Source of the DNA: Clostridia bacterium
Lineage (GTDB): Bacteria; Bacillota; Clostridia; Christensenellales; Borkfalkiaceae
DNA: 54,381 bases
Assembly (NCBI GenBank): GCA_017453145.1
Contig: JAFTKT010000037.1
Span: 1 to 54,381 of the forward strand
Reading direction: 5' to 3'
Part shown: positions 44,615 through 54,052 of the stretch, one piece after another
Layout of the letters: each line of letters opens with the position of its first letter
How positions within the stretch are numbered: the first letter of the stretch is position 1
Translations under genes and position numbers: made by a program
Notes under the pieces: generated by a model
Seen by the model: the letters and a program-made list of their open reading frames with translations, nothing else
Database searches by the model: none
What the model was told of the DNA's origin: nothing

Positions 44615-45334
44615 TTACAGCTTGTCCGTGAGGATTTTACAAGCCTCTTGTCCCAAAAGCGAGGGCAATACCTCGTCTTTTTTGCCTTCCTCACGCACTC
44701 TGCCGTCCGCTATCACGATAATCCTGTCCGCGATATTCAAAATACGTTCTTGGTGAGAAATTATCAAAATATTCCCCTGCGTTTTTTCGTGCATTTTCTC
44801 AAAAACCTTGATGAGGTTTCCAAAGCTCCAAAGGTCAATCCCCGCCTCCGGCTCGTCGAAAATCGACAGCTGTGTGCCGCGCGCCAAAATCGTTGCAATC
44901 TCAATGCGTTTCAACTCGCCGCCCGAAAGCGACGCATTGACTTCGCGGTCGATATAATCCCGCGCGCACATGCCGACTTCCGACAAATACGCGCAAGCCT
45001 CCGACACTTTCAGCGACCGCCCCGCCGCAATCGTAATCAAATCCCGCACCGTCAAGCCCTTGAACCGCACGGGCTGTTGAAAGGCATAGGACACGCCGCG
45101 CTTGGCGCGTTCGGTAACGGAAAGCTCCGTGATGTCCTCGCCGTCCAACAATATTTGTCCCGACGTGGGCTTATAAATACCCGCAATAACTTTTGCGAGC
45201 GTAGATTTCCCACCCCCGTTCGGACCCGTGAACGCCACGAAACGCTCGTCGATTTTGAGCGTTATATCTTTGAGTATTTCCTTTTCGCCAAGCTCGTCCT
45301 CGACCTTGTAGCCTACGTTTTTAAGTTCTAACAT
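44615..45334 (-). CDS. sufC: Fe-S cluster assembly ATPase SufC-like
   Basis: 239 aa. It contains Walker A GPNGGGKST, signature LSGGELKR and Walker B LSIFDEPEAGIDL. The H-loop segment is ILIISHQ. Confidence 0.85.
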   Translation of the reverse strand: MLELKNVGYKVEDELGEKEILKDITLKIDERFVAFTGPNGGGKSTLAKVIAGIYKPTSGQILLDGEDITELSVTERAKRGVSYAFQQPVRFKGLTVRDLITIAAGRSLKVSEACAYLSEVGMCARDYIDREVNASLSGGELKRIEIATILARGTQLSIFDEPEAGIDLWSFGNLIKVFEKMHEKTQGNILIISHQERILNIADRIIVIADGRVREEGKKDEVLPSLLGQEACKILTDKL

Positions 45335-45420
45335 ACTTTCCTCGTTCGGAAATTTTATCTCCTGTTCATTTATACCGCATTTTTCGCGTTATTAAACGCT
45401 TTTTCGGCTTTTAACGGCTT

Positions 45421-46905
45421 TTATAAATTGACGATTGCGCCGAGCGGCAACACGGTATACCCGTTTCTCGTCAGCGAGCCTGCCGTAAGCGTCAAATTTT
45501 TCAAAGTTATATCGCATTGCAACGATAACGCGGTAACACTCAACTTTGTTTTCACCGCCGAAATCCCCGAAATCGTGATATTTCCCGCTTTGGGCAACAC
45601 TGCCGCCAAAAGCACGTTTTCCGCCGTAACGAGCGTTTTATTTTGTGTGGTGTTTGTCGTTATATCGAGCGTGAACGCGTACCTGCCTGCCTCGTCCGTT
45701 ACCGTTTTCAGCGCGCTGTCCAAATCGACGAACACGCCGAGCTCCGCGCCGTTCTTGCTCGCACGCACGGGCGTTACCCGTTTTTCGGAGAGGGTCGGCA
45801 AGCCGAATTGATACTCGATGCCCCATTCCTCCGTCGGGAGCGACGGCACGTGGCTCTTTGCAAATTCCGTTGCGGGTACACCGAACCACTCGCGGTGAAT
45901 GGTGTTATCCGCTCTGTCCCCCCACGTTACGTCTACCGCACGCCATTCGTCCTCTAATTTCACAATATTCCAAGCGTGTCCGCCCGAATGTTCGCCCTGC
46001 ACGCCCTCGCCCGAAACACTCACGCTTTCCACGCCGAACAAACCGCTCAGCCAGTCAAACGATTTGGCATACGTTTCGCACACGCCCAAGCCAAGCGCAA
46101 GCCCTGCGATACTGTGCGCGAACCTGTCGTCTTGCGGAGTTTGCCCGTCCGCCTCGTAAGCATAGTCGACCTTGTTAATCAAATAATCGTAAATGCCCAA
46201 CGCGCGTTCCGTTTCCGTCTGCGTTTCGTCGATATATTCCGCGCAATCGAGCGCAACCGCCTCCACCGCGCTTTGCGTTTCCAAGCGCACTTCTGCCACC
46301 GCGTACTCTGCCGCCAACAACGGATAGACCTGCTTATCGTCGTATTTAACGCGATTGCTCAACCAGAAAAATTCGGGATATTCCAAGAACACCGTTTTCC
46401 AAACCGCCGTCGCCTCTTCTCTCGTCAAGCCGTGCGTGGCGTAGTTGACGGCGTCCATATGGTAAACCCCGTCCTTTGCCGTGCCGTCCTTATCGCTCGC
46501 GTGCCACGCCGAAAACGCTGACACGAGCGCGCTGTAAAAGGCACACAAGTCCTCGCCCTTTTGCTCGTTCTGCGCAAAATACTGATAACCGTATTGCTCG
46601 GTTGCGGGCGTAGGTGTGAAATCGAGGGTTTGTTCGTCCGTTTGGGGCGGTTGTCCTGCCCCGTCGCTTGCGCTGTCCGAACTATTCGAACTGTTCGAGC
46701 TGTTCGAGCTGTTTGAACTACTATCGCCACGCGCATCCTCCGACGAGCTGTCCGAACCGTTTTCACCGCTCTCTTCTTTTGAGCTTTCAGAAGAGGATTT
46801 GAGCGAGCCGAGCCGAGAATACCAATCGCTCGCAAGCACGCAAGAGGAGAAAGAGACCGCAAGCAAAGCGGCTAAAAAGCATGAAAGCACACGCCGTTTC
46901 TTCAT
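45421..46905 (-). CDS. transglutaminase-like cysteine peptidase domain lipoprotein
   Basis: The ATG at 46905 is preceded by AAAGGAGG. The signal peptide is MKKRRVLSCFLAALLAVSFSSC, followed by a Ser/Asn/Asp-rich linker. A candidate Cys-His-Asp triad is present: GLGVCETYAKSF ... GGHAWNIVKL ... VDVTW. Confidence 0.65.
   Translation of the reverse strand: MKKRRVLSCFLAALLAVSFSSCVLASDWYSRLGSLKSSSESSKEESGENGSDSSSEDARGDSSSNSSNSSNSSNSSDSASDGAGQPPQTDEQTLDFTPTPATEQYGYQYFAQNEQKGEDLCAFYSALVSAFSAWHASDKDGTAKDGVYHMDAVNYATHGLTREEATAVWKTVFLEYPEFFWLSNRVKYDDKQVYPLLAAEYAVAEVRLETQSAVEAVALDCAEYIDETQTETERALGIYDYLINKVDYAYEADGQTPQDDRFAHSIAGLALGLGVCETYAKSFDWLSGLFGVESVSVSGEGVQGEHSGGHAWNIVKLEDEWRAVDVTWGDRADNTIHREWFGVPATEFAKSHVPSLPTEEWGIEYQFGLPTLSEKRVTPVRASKNGAELGVFVDLDSALKTVTDEAGRYAFTLDITTNTTQNKTLVTAENVLLAAVLPKAGNITISGISAVKTKLSVTALSLQCDITLKNLTLTAGSLTRNGYTVLPLGAIVNL
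46679..46723. repeat. five imperfect 9-bp tandem repeats encoding (Ser-Asn-Ser)n
   Basis: gaactattc gaactgttc gagctgttc gagctgttt gaactacta, lying inside the linker of the transglutaminase-like gene. Confidence 0.85.
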
Positions 46906-46952
46906 TTGCAGTCCTCCTTTGAAATATCTGTTTGTCGTTGCCCCAAAGCCGC

Positions 46953-47615
46953 CTAAAAAACATGCGCAAGCGCCGCGCGGGCTTTGAGCCATTGCCGTTT
47001 TGTCTTGTAATCGGGCACAAATCTTGCCACCTCATTCCAAAACGCCGCCGAGTGATTTTTATGGCGTACGTGCGCAAGCTCGTGCACGACCACGTAGTCG
47101 ATTACTTCTTTCGGGGCGTAGAGCAAACGGAACGAGTAGCGGATTTCGTCTTTCCCCGAACAACTGCCCCATTTTCTACGGGCGGAAGTAATTTTAACCG
47201 ACTGCACCGCCACGCCCATTTCCTTTGCACGCCTTTCCGTAATTTCGCAAAAAATACGCAATGCGTTTTCTTTCAGCCATTTGACAAGCCTGTCTTTCGG
47301 GTTTTTAGCGGGCAACACGAGCGTTTTATTCTCGTTATCATAAGAAACGCGAACGCCCGAAATCGCCGCGATTTTGTGTTTTTCGCCGAGCAGTAAAAAT
47401 TCGTAGCCAAGCAAATTTTCAGGCGGTAAACAAATACCTGCCACCGCCGTTTTCCTTTTTTGCTTGATAATCCAACTTTCCTTTTCCTGCAAAAACGCCA
47501 AAATACGTTTCTCGTCCAACCGACGCGGCGCACGCACCGTTACCTTGCCAAAGCAATCGACGGATACGGACAGCGTTTTTCGCGCGGAACGGATAATTTC
47601 GTCGGGCGTAATCAC
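46953..47615 (-). CDS. YgjP-like (DUF45) zinc metallohydrolase
   Basis: 220 aa with a C-terminal HExxH context, DYVVVHELAHVRHKNHSAAFW, characteristic of the YgjP/M48-like family. Confidence 0.75.
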   Translation of the reverse strand: MITPDEIIRSARKTLSVSVDCFGKVTVRAPRRLDEKRILAFLQEKESWIIKQKRKTAVAGICLPPENLLGYEFLLLGEKHKIAAISGVRVSYDNENKTLVLPAKNPKDRLVKWLKENALRIFCEITERRAKEMGVAVQSVKITSARRKWGSCSGKDEIRYSFRLLYAPKEVIDYVVVHELAHVRHKNHSAAFWNEVARFVPDYKTKRQWLKARAALAHVF

Positions 47616-47620
47616 TCGCT

Positions 47621-48634
47621 TTACGCCTCGTAGCCTCTCGGGTTACCGCTCTGCCATTTCCATTGCGAGGCGCACATTTCTTCAATGCCAAATTTCGCCT
47701 CCCAGCCGAGCTCTTTTTTCGCCTTGTCGGGACAAGCGTAGCAAGAAGCAATGTCGCCGTCGCGACGGGGGCAGATTTGATAGGGCAACTTCTTGCCGCA
47801 AGCCTTTTCAAAGGCATGAATCATATCCAAAACGCTATATCCGTGCCCCGTGCCGAGATTATAGATATGCACGCCCGCGTCGTTGCAGTTTTCGATTGCC
47901 GCAAGATGCCCGAGCGCAAGGTCCACCACGTGGATATAATCGCGCACGCCCGTGCCGTCGGGGGTGTCGTAGTCGTTGCCGAACACGTTGATTTTTTCAA
48001 GCTTACCGCTTGCCACCTGCGCGACGTAGGGCATTAAATTGTTGGGAATACCTTTCGGGTCTTCGCCGATTAAGCCGCTCTCGTGCGAGCCGACGGGGTT
48101 AAAATAACGGAGCAAAATGATGTTCCATTCCTTATCCGCTTTTTGCACGTCTTGCATAATCCCCTCCATCATCAGCTTGGTGCTGCCATAGGGGTTGGTC
48201 GTGGAAAGACGGCAATTCTCGTCCAAAGGCAAACGCTCGGGGTCGCCGTAGACAGTCGCCGACGAGGAGAACACGATTTTCTTCACAGCGTATTTTTCCA
48301 TGACCTGTAACAGCGTAATCGTGCCGCCGATATTATTTTCATAATATTTCAAAGGCAATTTACAGCTTTCGCCCACCGCTTTGAACGCCGCGAAATGAAT
48401 GACGGCGTCGAATTTATGCGCCGAAAAAATCTTTTCCAGCGCGGCTCTGTCGCGAATATCCGCCTCGTAGAACGTTACGGTTTTACCCGTAATTTTCTGT
48501 ACGCGCGCAAGCGCCTCAAAGCTTGAATTAGAGAAATTATCCACCACGACTACTTGGTAGTCCTTGTTCAAAAGTTCAAGCACGGTATGCGAACCGATAT
48601 AGCCGCAACCGCCCGTTACTAAAATCGTTGCCAT
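47621..48634 (-). CDS. galE: UDP-glucose 4-epimerase
   Basis: 337 aa. It contains the N-terminal [13 protein letters not shown], the catalytic YGSTK, and DYIHVVDLA. Confidence 0.95.
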   Translation of the reverse strand: MATILVTGGCGYIGSHTVLELLNKDYQVVVVDNFSNSSFEALARVQKITGKTVTFYEADIRDRAALEKIFSAHKFDAVIHFAAFKAVGESCKLPLKYYENNIGGTITLLQVMEKYAVKKIVFSSSATVYGDPERLPLDENCRLSTTNPYGSTKLMMEGIMQDVQKADKEWNIILLRYFNPVGSHESGLIGEDPKGIPNNLMPYVAQVASGKLEKINVFGNDYDTPDGTGVRDYIHVVDLALGHLAAIENCNDAGVHIYNLGTGHGYSVLDMIHAFEKACGKKLPYQICPRRDGDIASCYACPDKAKKELGWEAKFGIEEMCASQWKWQSGNPRGYEA

Positions 48635-48657
48635 TGTTTCGTTCCTTCCTTTTATTT

Positions 48658-49938
48658 TTAAGCGTTTTCGCTTTCTTCTTCAAAAAATTCTTCCGTCTTT
48701 CTCGAACGGATTTTAAGCACCTTTTGCTTGGTCGCCTTGACGATTTTAATTTCCAAATACCCGTAGCGGATTACTTCCCCGATAGGAGGAATGCCGCCGT
48801 AATTTTCCGTCGCCCAGCCGCCGACCGTGTTGGACTCGAAATTCTCGTCCTCTTCTTCCATTTCATAGAGAGAGAAATATTCGTTGAGCGGGCATTTTCC
48901 GTCCACCCAGTATTCCTCTTCGTCGATTTTACCGAACAGCACTTCCTCTTCGTCGTGCTCATCCCAAATTTCTCCGACGAGCTCTTCCAAAATGTCTTCC
49001 AACGTTACGATACCGACAAGTCCGCCGTATTCGTCGGAAACCGCCGCCAAATGGATTTTACTTTTTTGGAGCTGTTTCAAAAGCGCGGAAATACGGGTGT
49101 ATTCGGTCGTAAAGACGATATTTAGCAACAGCTTCCTGATGTCCGTTTCGCCGTTTAAGTAGCCCTCGAAAAACTCGCGTTGATGCACGAGCCCGACAAC
49201 GTGGTCAATCGTTTCTTCATACACAGGCAAGCGCGAATAGCCCGTTTTGTGGAACACTTCGCGGATTTCGTCCATCGTATGCTCGGTGCTAACTGCCGCC
49301 ACGTCCACACGCGGCACTAATATATCTTCCACCTTCAAATCGTCGAATTCGAGCGCGGAGCGCACGAGCTCCGATTCGTCCTCTTTGAGCGTTCCGTCTT
49401 CCTCCGCCTCGTCTACGAGCGAAAGGAGCTCTTCGTCGGTTACACCCACCTCTTTTTTAAGCTTGAACACTTTTTTCAGTAGCGTTTTATAACCGTCGAA
49501 CACTTTACATACGGGCACTAATATCCAGTAGAAAAGCTGCATCAAGGGGTAGAAAAAGAAACAGAATTTTTCGGGATACACGCTCGCCAAATATTTGGGC
49601 GTGATTTCGCCGAACAAAAGCACGACGACCGTCAAAACTGCGGTCGATACCGTCGTTGCGAGGTTCGGGTCGTGGGTAATCAACTGTCCGAACAAGACCG
49701 TGCCGAGCGCAGACGCCGTGATGTTCACGATATTGTTTCCGACGAGGATAGCCGTAACCAGCTTGTCGTAGTTTTCGTCGGCAAACGAAGCGACGGCTTT
49801 CGCGTGCTTTTTGCCGAGTGAAATCATACTTTTCAGTTTAATTTTATTCGCGCAGGAATACGCCGTTTCCGTGCCCGAAAAAAAGCCTGATAACAACACA
49901 AGTATCGCAATAACGATAGATAGGGGTAGGGGTTCCAT
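48658..49938 (-). CDS. hemolysin-family/CNNM (DUF21)-CBS-CorC_HlyC domain membrane protein
   Basis: 426 aa. The N-terminal DUF21 TM region contains GEITPK. A tandem CBS pair follows, then a CorC/HlyC-type C-terminal domain. Confidence 0.85.
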   Translation of the reverse strand: MEPLPLSIVIAILVLLSGFFSGTETAYSCANKIKLKSMISLGKKHAKAVASFADENYDKLVTAILVGNNIVNITASALGTVLFGQLITHDPNLATTVSTAVLTVVVLLFGEITPKYLASVYPEKFCFFFYPLMQLFYWILVPVCKVFDGYKTLLKKVFKLKKEVGVTDEELLSLVDEAEEDGTLKEDESELVRSALEFDDLKVEDILVPRVDVAAVSTEHTMDEIREVFHKTGYSRLPVYEETIDHVVGLVHQREFFEGYLNGETDIRKLLLNIVFTTEYTRISALLKQLQKSKIHLAAVSDEYGGLVGIVTLEDILEELVGEIWDEHDEEEVLFGKIDEEEYWVDGKCPLNEYFSLYEMEEEDENFESNTVGGWATENYGGIPPIGEVIRYGYLEIKIVKATKQKVLKIRSRKTEEFFEEESENA

Positions 49939-49999
49939 AAGATATTTTTGAATATCCTCCTGTAATAAAAAATAATTTGAGGTTTTGCCCTCATATCTT

Positions 50000-50029
50000 A
50001 TTATAATACATTTTTCCTGCGTTTGTCAA
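50000..50029 (-). promoter_or_regulatory. sigmaA-type promoter upstream of the CNNM/CorC-type gene
   Basis: On the minus strand: TTGACA (50029-50024), an 18-nt spacer, then TATAAT (50005-50000). About 60 nt lies between it and the start, with an AGGAGG RBS. Confidence 0.6.
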
Positions 50030-50085
50030 CACGAATGAAAAGCTATTTGCACTTTTTTCTGTTTTTTCTTAATTTTTTCACAGAA

Positions 50086-50112
50086 AAGCGCGCCGCTTTC
50101 ATCGGCGCGCTT
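50086..50112 (-). terminator. rho-independent terminator at the end of the peptide ABC transporter operon
   Basis: A 10-bp stem, aagcgcgccg pairing with cggcgcgctt. It overlaps the stop codon and is followed on the minus strand by TTTTCTGTG. Confidence 0.65.
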
Positions 50113-51154
50113 ATTTTCTATTCTCTCCGTATTTCCAAGCAATCTCCCGTTTTTCCTCCGCTGTCTTTTCGGCAAAATGACAGGAAACGAAATGCCCCTT
50201 TTCCACCTCGACAAGCGGGGCAGGTACGCGTTTACATATCTCTTGCGCCATAAAACAGCGGGTATGAAATTTACAGCCCGACGGCGGAGACACGGGGCTT
50301 GGGATATTGCCGCGCAGGATAATCCCCTCTTTTTCCTGCCTTTCGCCTATTTTTGGCGCGGCGGAAATCAGCGCGAGCGTGTAGGGATGACGCGGCTCGG
50401 AAAACACGCGCTTTGCCTCGCCCCGCTCGACGATATTCCCCAAGTACATCACGGCAAGGGAATCGGACACGTGCCGCACGACGGACAAGTCGTGGGATAT
50501 GAATAAATACGTCAAATTCTCCTTTTCTTTCAGCTCGGATAAAAGATTGAGGATTTGCGATTGCACGGAGGCGTCGAGCGCGGATACGCACTCGTCGCAG
50601 ACGACGAACTTGGGCTTGACGGCAAGCGCGCGGGCTATCCCCACCCTTTGGCGCTGTCCGCCCGAAAACTGATGCGGATAACGGTGCAGCGTTTCCTTTT
50701 GCAGTCCGCACTTTTGCAAAATTTCTTGCACGTATTCGCGCATTTGTCGACTGCCCTTTTTATAATAGCCGTGCGTTGCCACCCCCTCTTCGATAATCTG
50801 CCCCACCGTCATCTTGGGATTTAGCGAGGAATAGGGGTCTTGGAACACAATCTGTAAATCACTTCGTAGTCTACGCATTTCCTCTTTTTTCAGTTTCGTC
50901 AAATCAATTTCTTTTTCGTCCGTGCGATAAATCACCTGTCCCGCCGTAGGCTTATAAAGCCCTAACAGGGTTTTGCCGAGCGTGGATTTCCCCGAGCCGC
51001 TCTCCCCCACCACCGAAAAGGTTTCACCCGCCTTAATCTCTAAATCAATATTCTCGTTCGCACGCAAATATCTGCGTTTTTTGAGCAGTCCGCCCGAAAC
51101 GGGAAAATACTTTTTAAGTCCTTTGACGGACAACAAGCTCGGCGTGTCGTTCAC
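50111..51154 (-). CDS. oligopeptide/dipeptide ABC transporter ATP-binding protein (OppF/DppF-like)
   Basis: 347 aa. It contains Walker A GESGSGKST, signature FSGGQRQR and Walker B VCDECVSALD, plus a C-terminal Cys-rich oligopeptide-transporter extension. The GTG at 51154 is preceded by AAGGAGG. The gene overlaps the upstream gene by 41 nt. Confidence 0.9.
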   Translation of the reverse strand: MNDTPSLLSVKGLKKYFPVSGGLLKKRRYLRANENIDLEIKAGETFSVVGESGSGKSTLGKTLLGLYKPTAGQVIYRTDEKEIDLTKLKKEEMRRLRSDLQIVFQDPYSSLNPKMTVGQIIEEGVATHGYYKKGSRQMREYVQEILQKCGLQKETLHRYPHQFSGGQRQRVGIARALAVKPKFVVCDECVSALDASVQSQILNLLSELKEKENLTYLFISHDLSVVRHVSDSLAVMYLGNIVERGEAKRVFSEPRHPYTLALISAAPKIGERQEKEGIILRGNIPSPVSPPSGCKFHTRCFMAQEICKRVPAPLVEVEKGHFVSCHFAEKTAEEKREIAWKYGENRK

Positions 51155-52142
51155 TTTTTCGCTCCTCCTTACTCGGATAAAAACAACGTATTTTTCGCCC
51201 GTTTTTCATGGTGAAAAGAGGCGGTTCTTCCCGCACGCACCTCTCTGTGCAATAACGGCAACGCGTGGAAAATTTACAGCCTTTGGGCAAATCGTAGAGC
51301 GGCGGCACGTGCCCTTCCACCGTTTCCAGCCTTCCGCCTCTGCCCGTCGGAATAGAACGGAGTAACGCCTCCGTATACGGATGCAAATAACGGGATTTGG
51401 AAAACAGTTGCGCCTTTTCTGCCAGCTCCACCACCTGACCGCAATAGAGCACGGCAACCTCGTCCGCCATTTCATGCACCACACCCAAATCGTGCGTAAT
51501 AAACAAAATCGCCGTGCCGCGTTCCCGCTGTAAATCTTTCATCAACCGCAAAATTTGCGCCTGTATGGTAACGTCGAGCGCGGTCGTCGGCTCGTCGGCA
51601 ATCAAGAGTTTGGGGCGGCAGGCAAGCGACATGGCAATCATCACCCTTTGCCGCATTCCCCCCGAAAGCCTGTGCGGAAAATCTTTGACAATGCGTTCAG
51701 GGCTCGGAATTTGCACTGCTTTGAGCATATTTTCCGCCTCGATAAGCGCCTCTTTTTTGGACATGTTCCTGTGAATACGGAAAGGTTCGGACAACTGTTT
51801 GCCGATAGACAGCACGGGGTTGAGCGCGGTCATAGGTTCTTGAAAGACGACGGAAATACGGTTGCCGCGTATTTTACGCATTTCCTCCGCCGACGTTTTC
51901 ACAAGGTCAACGGGCTTGCCCGCCTCCTCCTCGAACAGGATTTCGCCGCCTGCAATACGCCCGTTTTCGTCCAACAGCCGCAAGATACTCATTGCCGAAA
52001 CGCTTTTTCCCGAACCGCTTTCGCCCACGAGCGCGAGCGTTTTTCCTGCGTGCACACAAAAGCTTACGTCGTCTACCGCGCGCAAGTTGCCCCGCCGCGT
52101 TTCAAACTCGACTTGTAGCCCTTTCACCTCTAATAGCGGCAT
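51114..52142 (-). CDS. oligopeptide/dipeptide ABC transporter ATP-binding protein (OppD/DppD-like)
   Basis: 342 aa. It contains Walker A GESGSGKS, signature LSGGMRQR and Walker B LIADEPTTALD. Confidence 0.9.
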   Translation of the reverse strand: MPLLEVKGLQVEFETRRGNLRAVDDVSFCVHAGKTLALVGESGSGKSVSAMSILRLLDENGRIAGGEILFEEEAGKPVDLVKTSAEEMRKIRGNRISVVFQEPMTALNPVLSIGKQLSEPFRIHRNMSKKEALIEAENMLKAVQIPSPERIVKDFPHRLSGGMRQRVMIAMSLACRPKLLIADEPTTALDVTIQAQILRLMKDLQRERGTAILFITHDLGVVHEMADEVAVLYCGQVVELAEKAQLFSKSRYLHPYTEALLRSIPTGRGGRLETVEGHVPPLYDLPKGCKFSTRCRYCTERCVREEPPLFTMKNGRKIRCFYPSKEERKSERHAELVVRQRT

Positions 52143-52183
52143 ACCTGCCCACCTCCTTTATCACTTTGCACGGCGTTTTCCGT

Positions 52184-54052
52184 TCATCGCTTTGCGCTTG
52201 ATTTCGGGTCGAGCGCGTCGCGCAGGGCATCGCCGACGACGTTGATACAAATGGTGGCAAGCGATAGAAAGAGCGCGGGGAATAGCCATTGCCACCAATA
52301 GTTTTGAATGACGATACTGTTATTGCTACCGCTCAACATATTCCCCCACGTCGGTTGCGGCTGTTGCACGCCGAACCCTAAATAGGAAAGGGAGGACTCC
52401 GTCAAAAGACACCCCGCAAAATCGAGCGTCATGCTCACAAGCACGACGGAAACGATGTTCGGGAGCACGTGCCGAAAGGCGATGGCGATTTCCCGCACGC
52501 CCATAGCCCGCGCTGCTTGCGTGTAATCCTTTTCCCGTTCGGCGAGCACTTGCGCGCGTATCATTCGCGCAAGCCCCGTCCAAGACAGCGCGCCTAAAAT
52601 CAGCATAATGATAAATATCCGCATCGTTTCTCCGATATTGTAATATTTAATAATCTGCGACAACAGCATAGCGAACGGCAAAAAGGGAATGGAAGAAAAG
52701 ATTTCGGTAATCCGCATCAAAAGCACGTCGGCAAAGCCACCGAAATACCCTGCCGCACAACCGACTAAAATGGCAATCGCGGAAGAAACGAGCACCGCCA
52801 CGCCGCCGATGGTCAACGTCATTTTTCCGCCGTGTACAATCCGCGTGAACACGTCCCGTCCCCGTCCGTCCGTGCCCATAATAGACCCTTTCAGCCCCAC
52901 GCTTTGCACGAGCCTGCCCTCTTTGTCCACCGCATACGTTTGTAGCGCGCCCGCAAACGCGCGCGCCGTGTTCCCGTCTTGTACAAGACGGCATTGTCCG
53001 TAGGCGTCGTGCCCCCACGCATAGACGTTTCCCAAATCCGTTACGCCCACAAAATGCCGCGTGCCGCCGTCTATCGACACGAATTTTTCGCCTGCTCGGA
53101 GCTTGGGCAACTGATTTTCGCCGTTTTCAAAAACGCCCGAAACGACCACCTCACCGCTTTGCAACAGCACCGCCACGCACTTGTTCGTCGCGGCGAGCTG
53201 AACGGCGTTTTGGGCTACCGTGTATTCGTTGAGCGGTATATTCACCTCGCCGTTTGCCGTCGTTACCGACGAAAAAACTCTCTGCGTACCCGTCGTAATT
53301 TCGCCGTTTTCGAGCAAGACGACAGCGGCGGAGTTGGTAAACGCGACCTGTTTCACGCCCGAAAGAAAGGACAGTTCGGCAAGGTTCTTCACGACGTTGG
53401 TATTCCCCCACAAATACGCCTCGCCCGTCCCGAGCACGAGCGCGGACGTCTGATAACCGCAAACGAGCGAGGAAACGCTTTCAGGCGCAATCCCCTCGCG
53501 GAAAATTTCAGGGGTCGGGAGCGCGCCGAGCACGCTTTCAAAGCCGTATTGTCCGCAACTTTTATCCCCCCAACCGACGAGCTTGCCCGATTTGGTTACG
53601 GCAAGAATATGGTCCTTGCCCGCCGCGACATGCGTCGCGCCGTAGTCCTTAACTTCGCTTGGGAGCTCTTTCATATCAACGCCGCTCAATCGGTCTTTGG
53701 CATTCCCCCAAACGAACACCTCGCCCGCACCCGACAAGCCGACGGTAAACCCCGCAAACCCGTCGATTTCCGCCACGTCCTCTTTCAACGCGCGCGGCAG
53801 AGAACGCATGCCGTAGTTGGGTGCGACGTTTTGTTGCAACGGGTCGGTGTAGTTGACGTCCATAGGCAAGAACGCAGGCGCGATAAACACGAACAAAAAC
53901 AGGGACAGGAGCAAGACAAGCGCGACGATTGCGGGTTTTTTGGAGAAAAACGCTTTGAAAAGTAGCCTTGACGGGCTTTCAATCTCTTCCCCCGCCGCAA
54001 GCTCGGGCAAATCCTTTCTGCCCCAAACCATACGTTTTAACCACCTAATCAT
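52184..54052 (-). CDS. OppC/DppC-type ABC permease carrying a large RCC1-like beta-propeller insertion in the first external loop
   Basis: 622 aa. TM1 is AIVALVLLLSLFLFVFIAPAF, followed by about 320 aa with seven RCC1-like units. The canonical segment MGTDGRGRDVFTRIVHGG comes next, then the BPD_transp_1 core (..LSWTGLARMIRAQVL..) and the C-terminal DALRDALDP. Confidence 0.8.
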   Translation of the reverse strand: MIRWLKRMVWGRKDLPELAAGEEIESPSRLLFKAFFSKKPAIVALVLLLSLFLFVFIAPAFLPMDVNYTDPLQQNVAPNYGMRSLPRALKEDVAEIDGFAGFTVGLSGAGEVFVWGNAKDRLSGVDMKELPSEVKDYGATHVAAGKDHILAVTKSGKLVGWGDKSCGQYGFESVLGALPTPEIFREGIAPESVSSLVCGYQTSALVLGTGEAYLWGNTNVVKNLAELSFLSGVKQVAFTNSAAVVLLENGEITTGTQRVFSSVTTANGEVNIPLNEYTVAQNAVQLAATNKCVAVLLQSGEVVVSGVFENGENQLPKLRAGEKFVSIDGGTRHFVGVTDLGNVYAWGHDAYGQCRLVQDGNTARAFAGALQTYAVDKEGRLVQSVGLKGSIMGTDGRGRDVFTRIVHGGKMTLTIGGVAVLVSSAIAILVGCAAGYFGGFADVLLMRITEIFSSIPFLPFAMLLSQIIKYYNIGETMRIFIIMLILGALSWTGLARMIRAQVLAEREKDYTQAARAMGVREIAIAFRHVLPNIVSVVLVSMTLDFAGCLLTESSLSYLGFGVQQPQPTWGNMLSGSNNSIVIQNYWWQWLFPALFLSLATICINVVGDALRDALDPKSSAKR

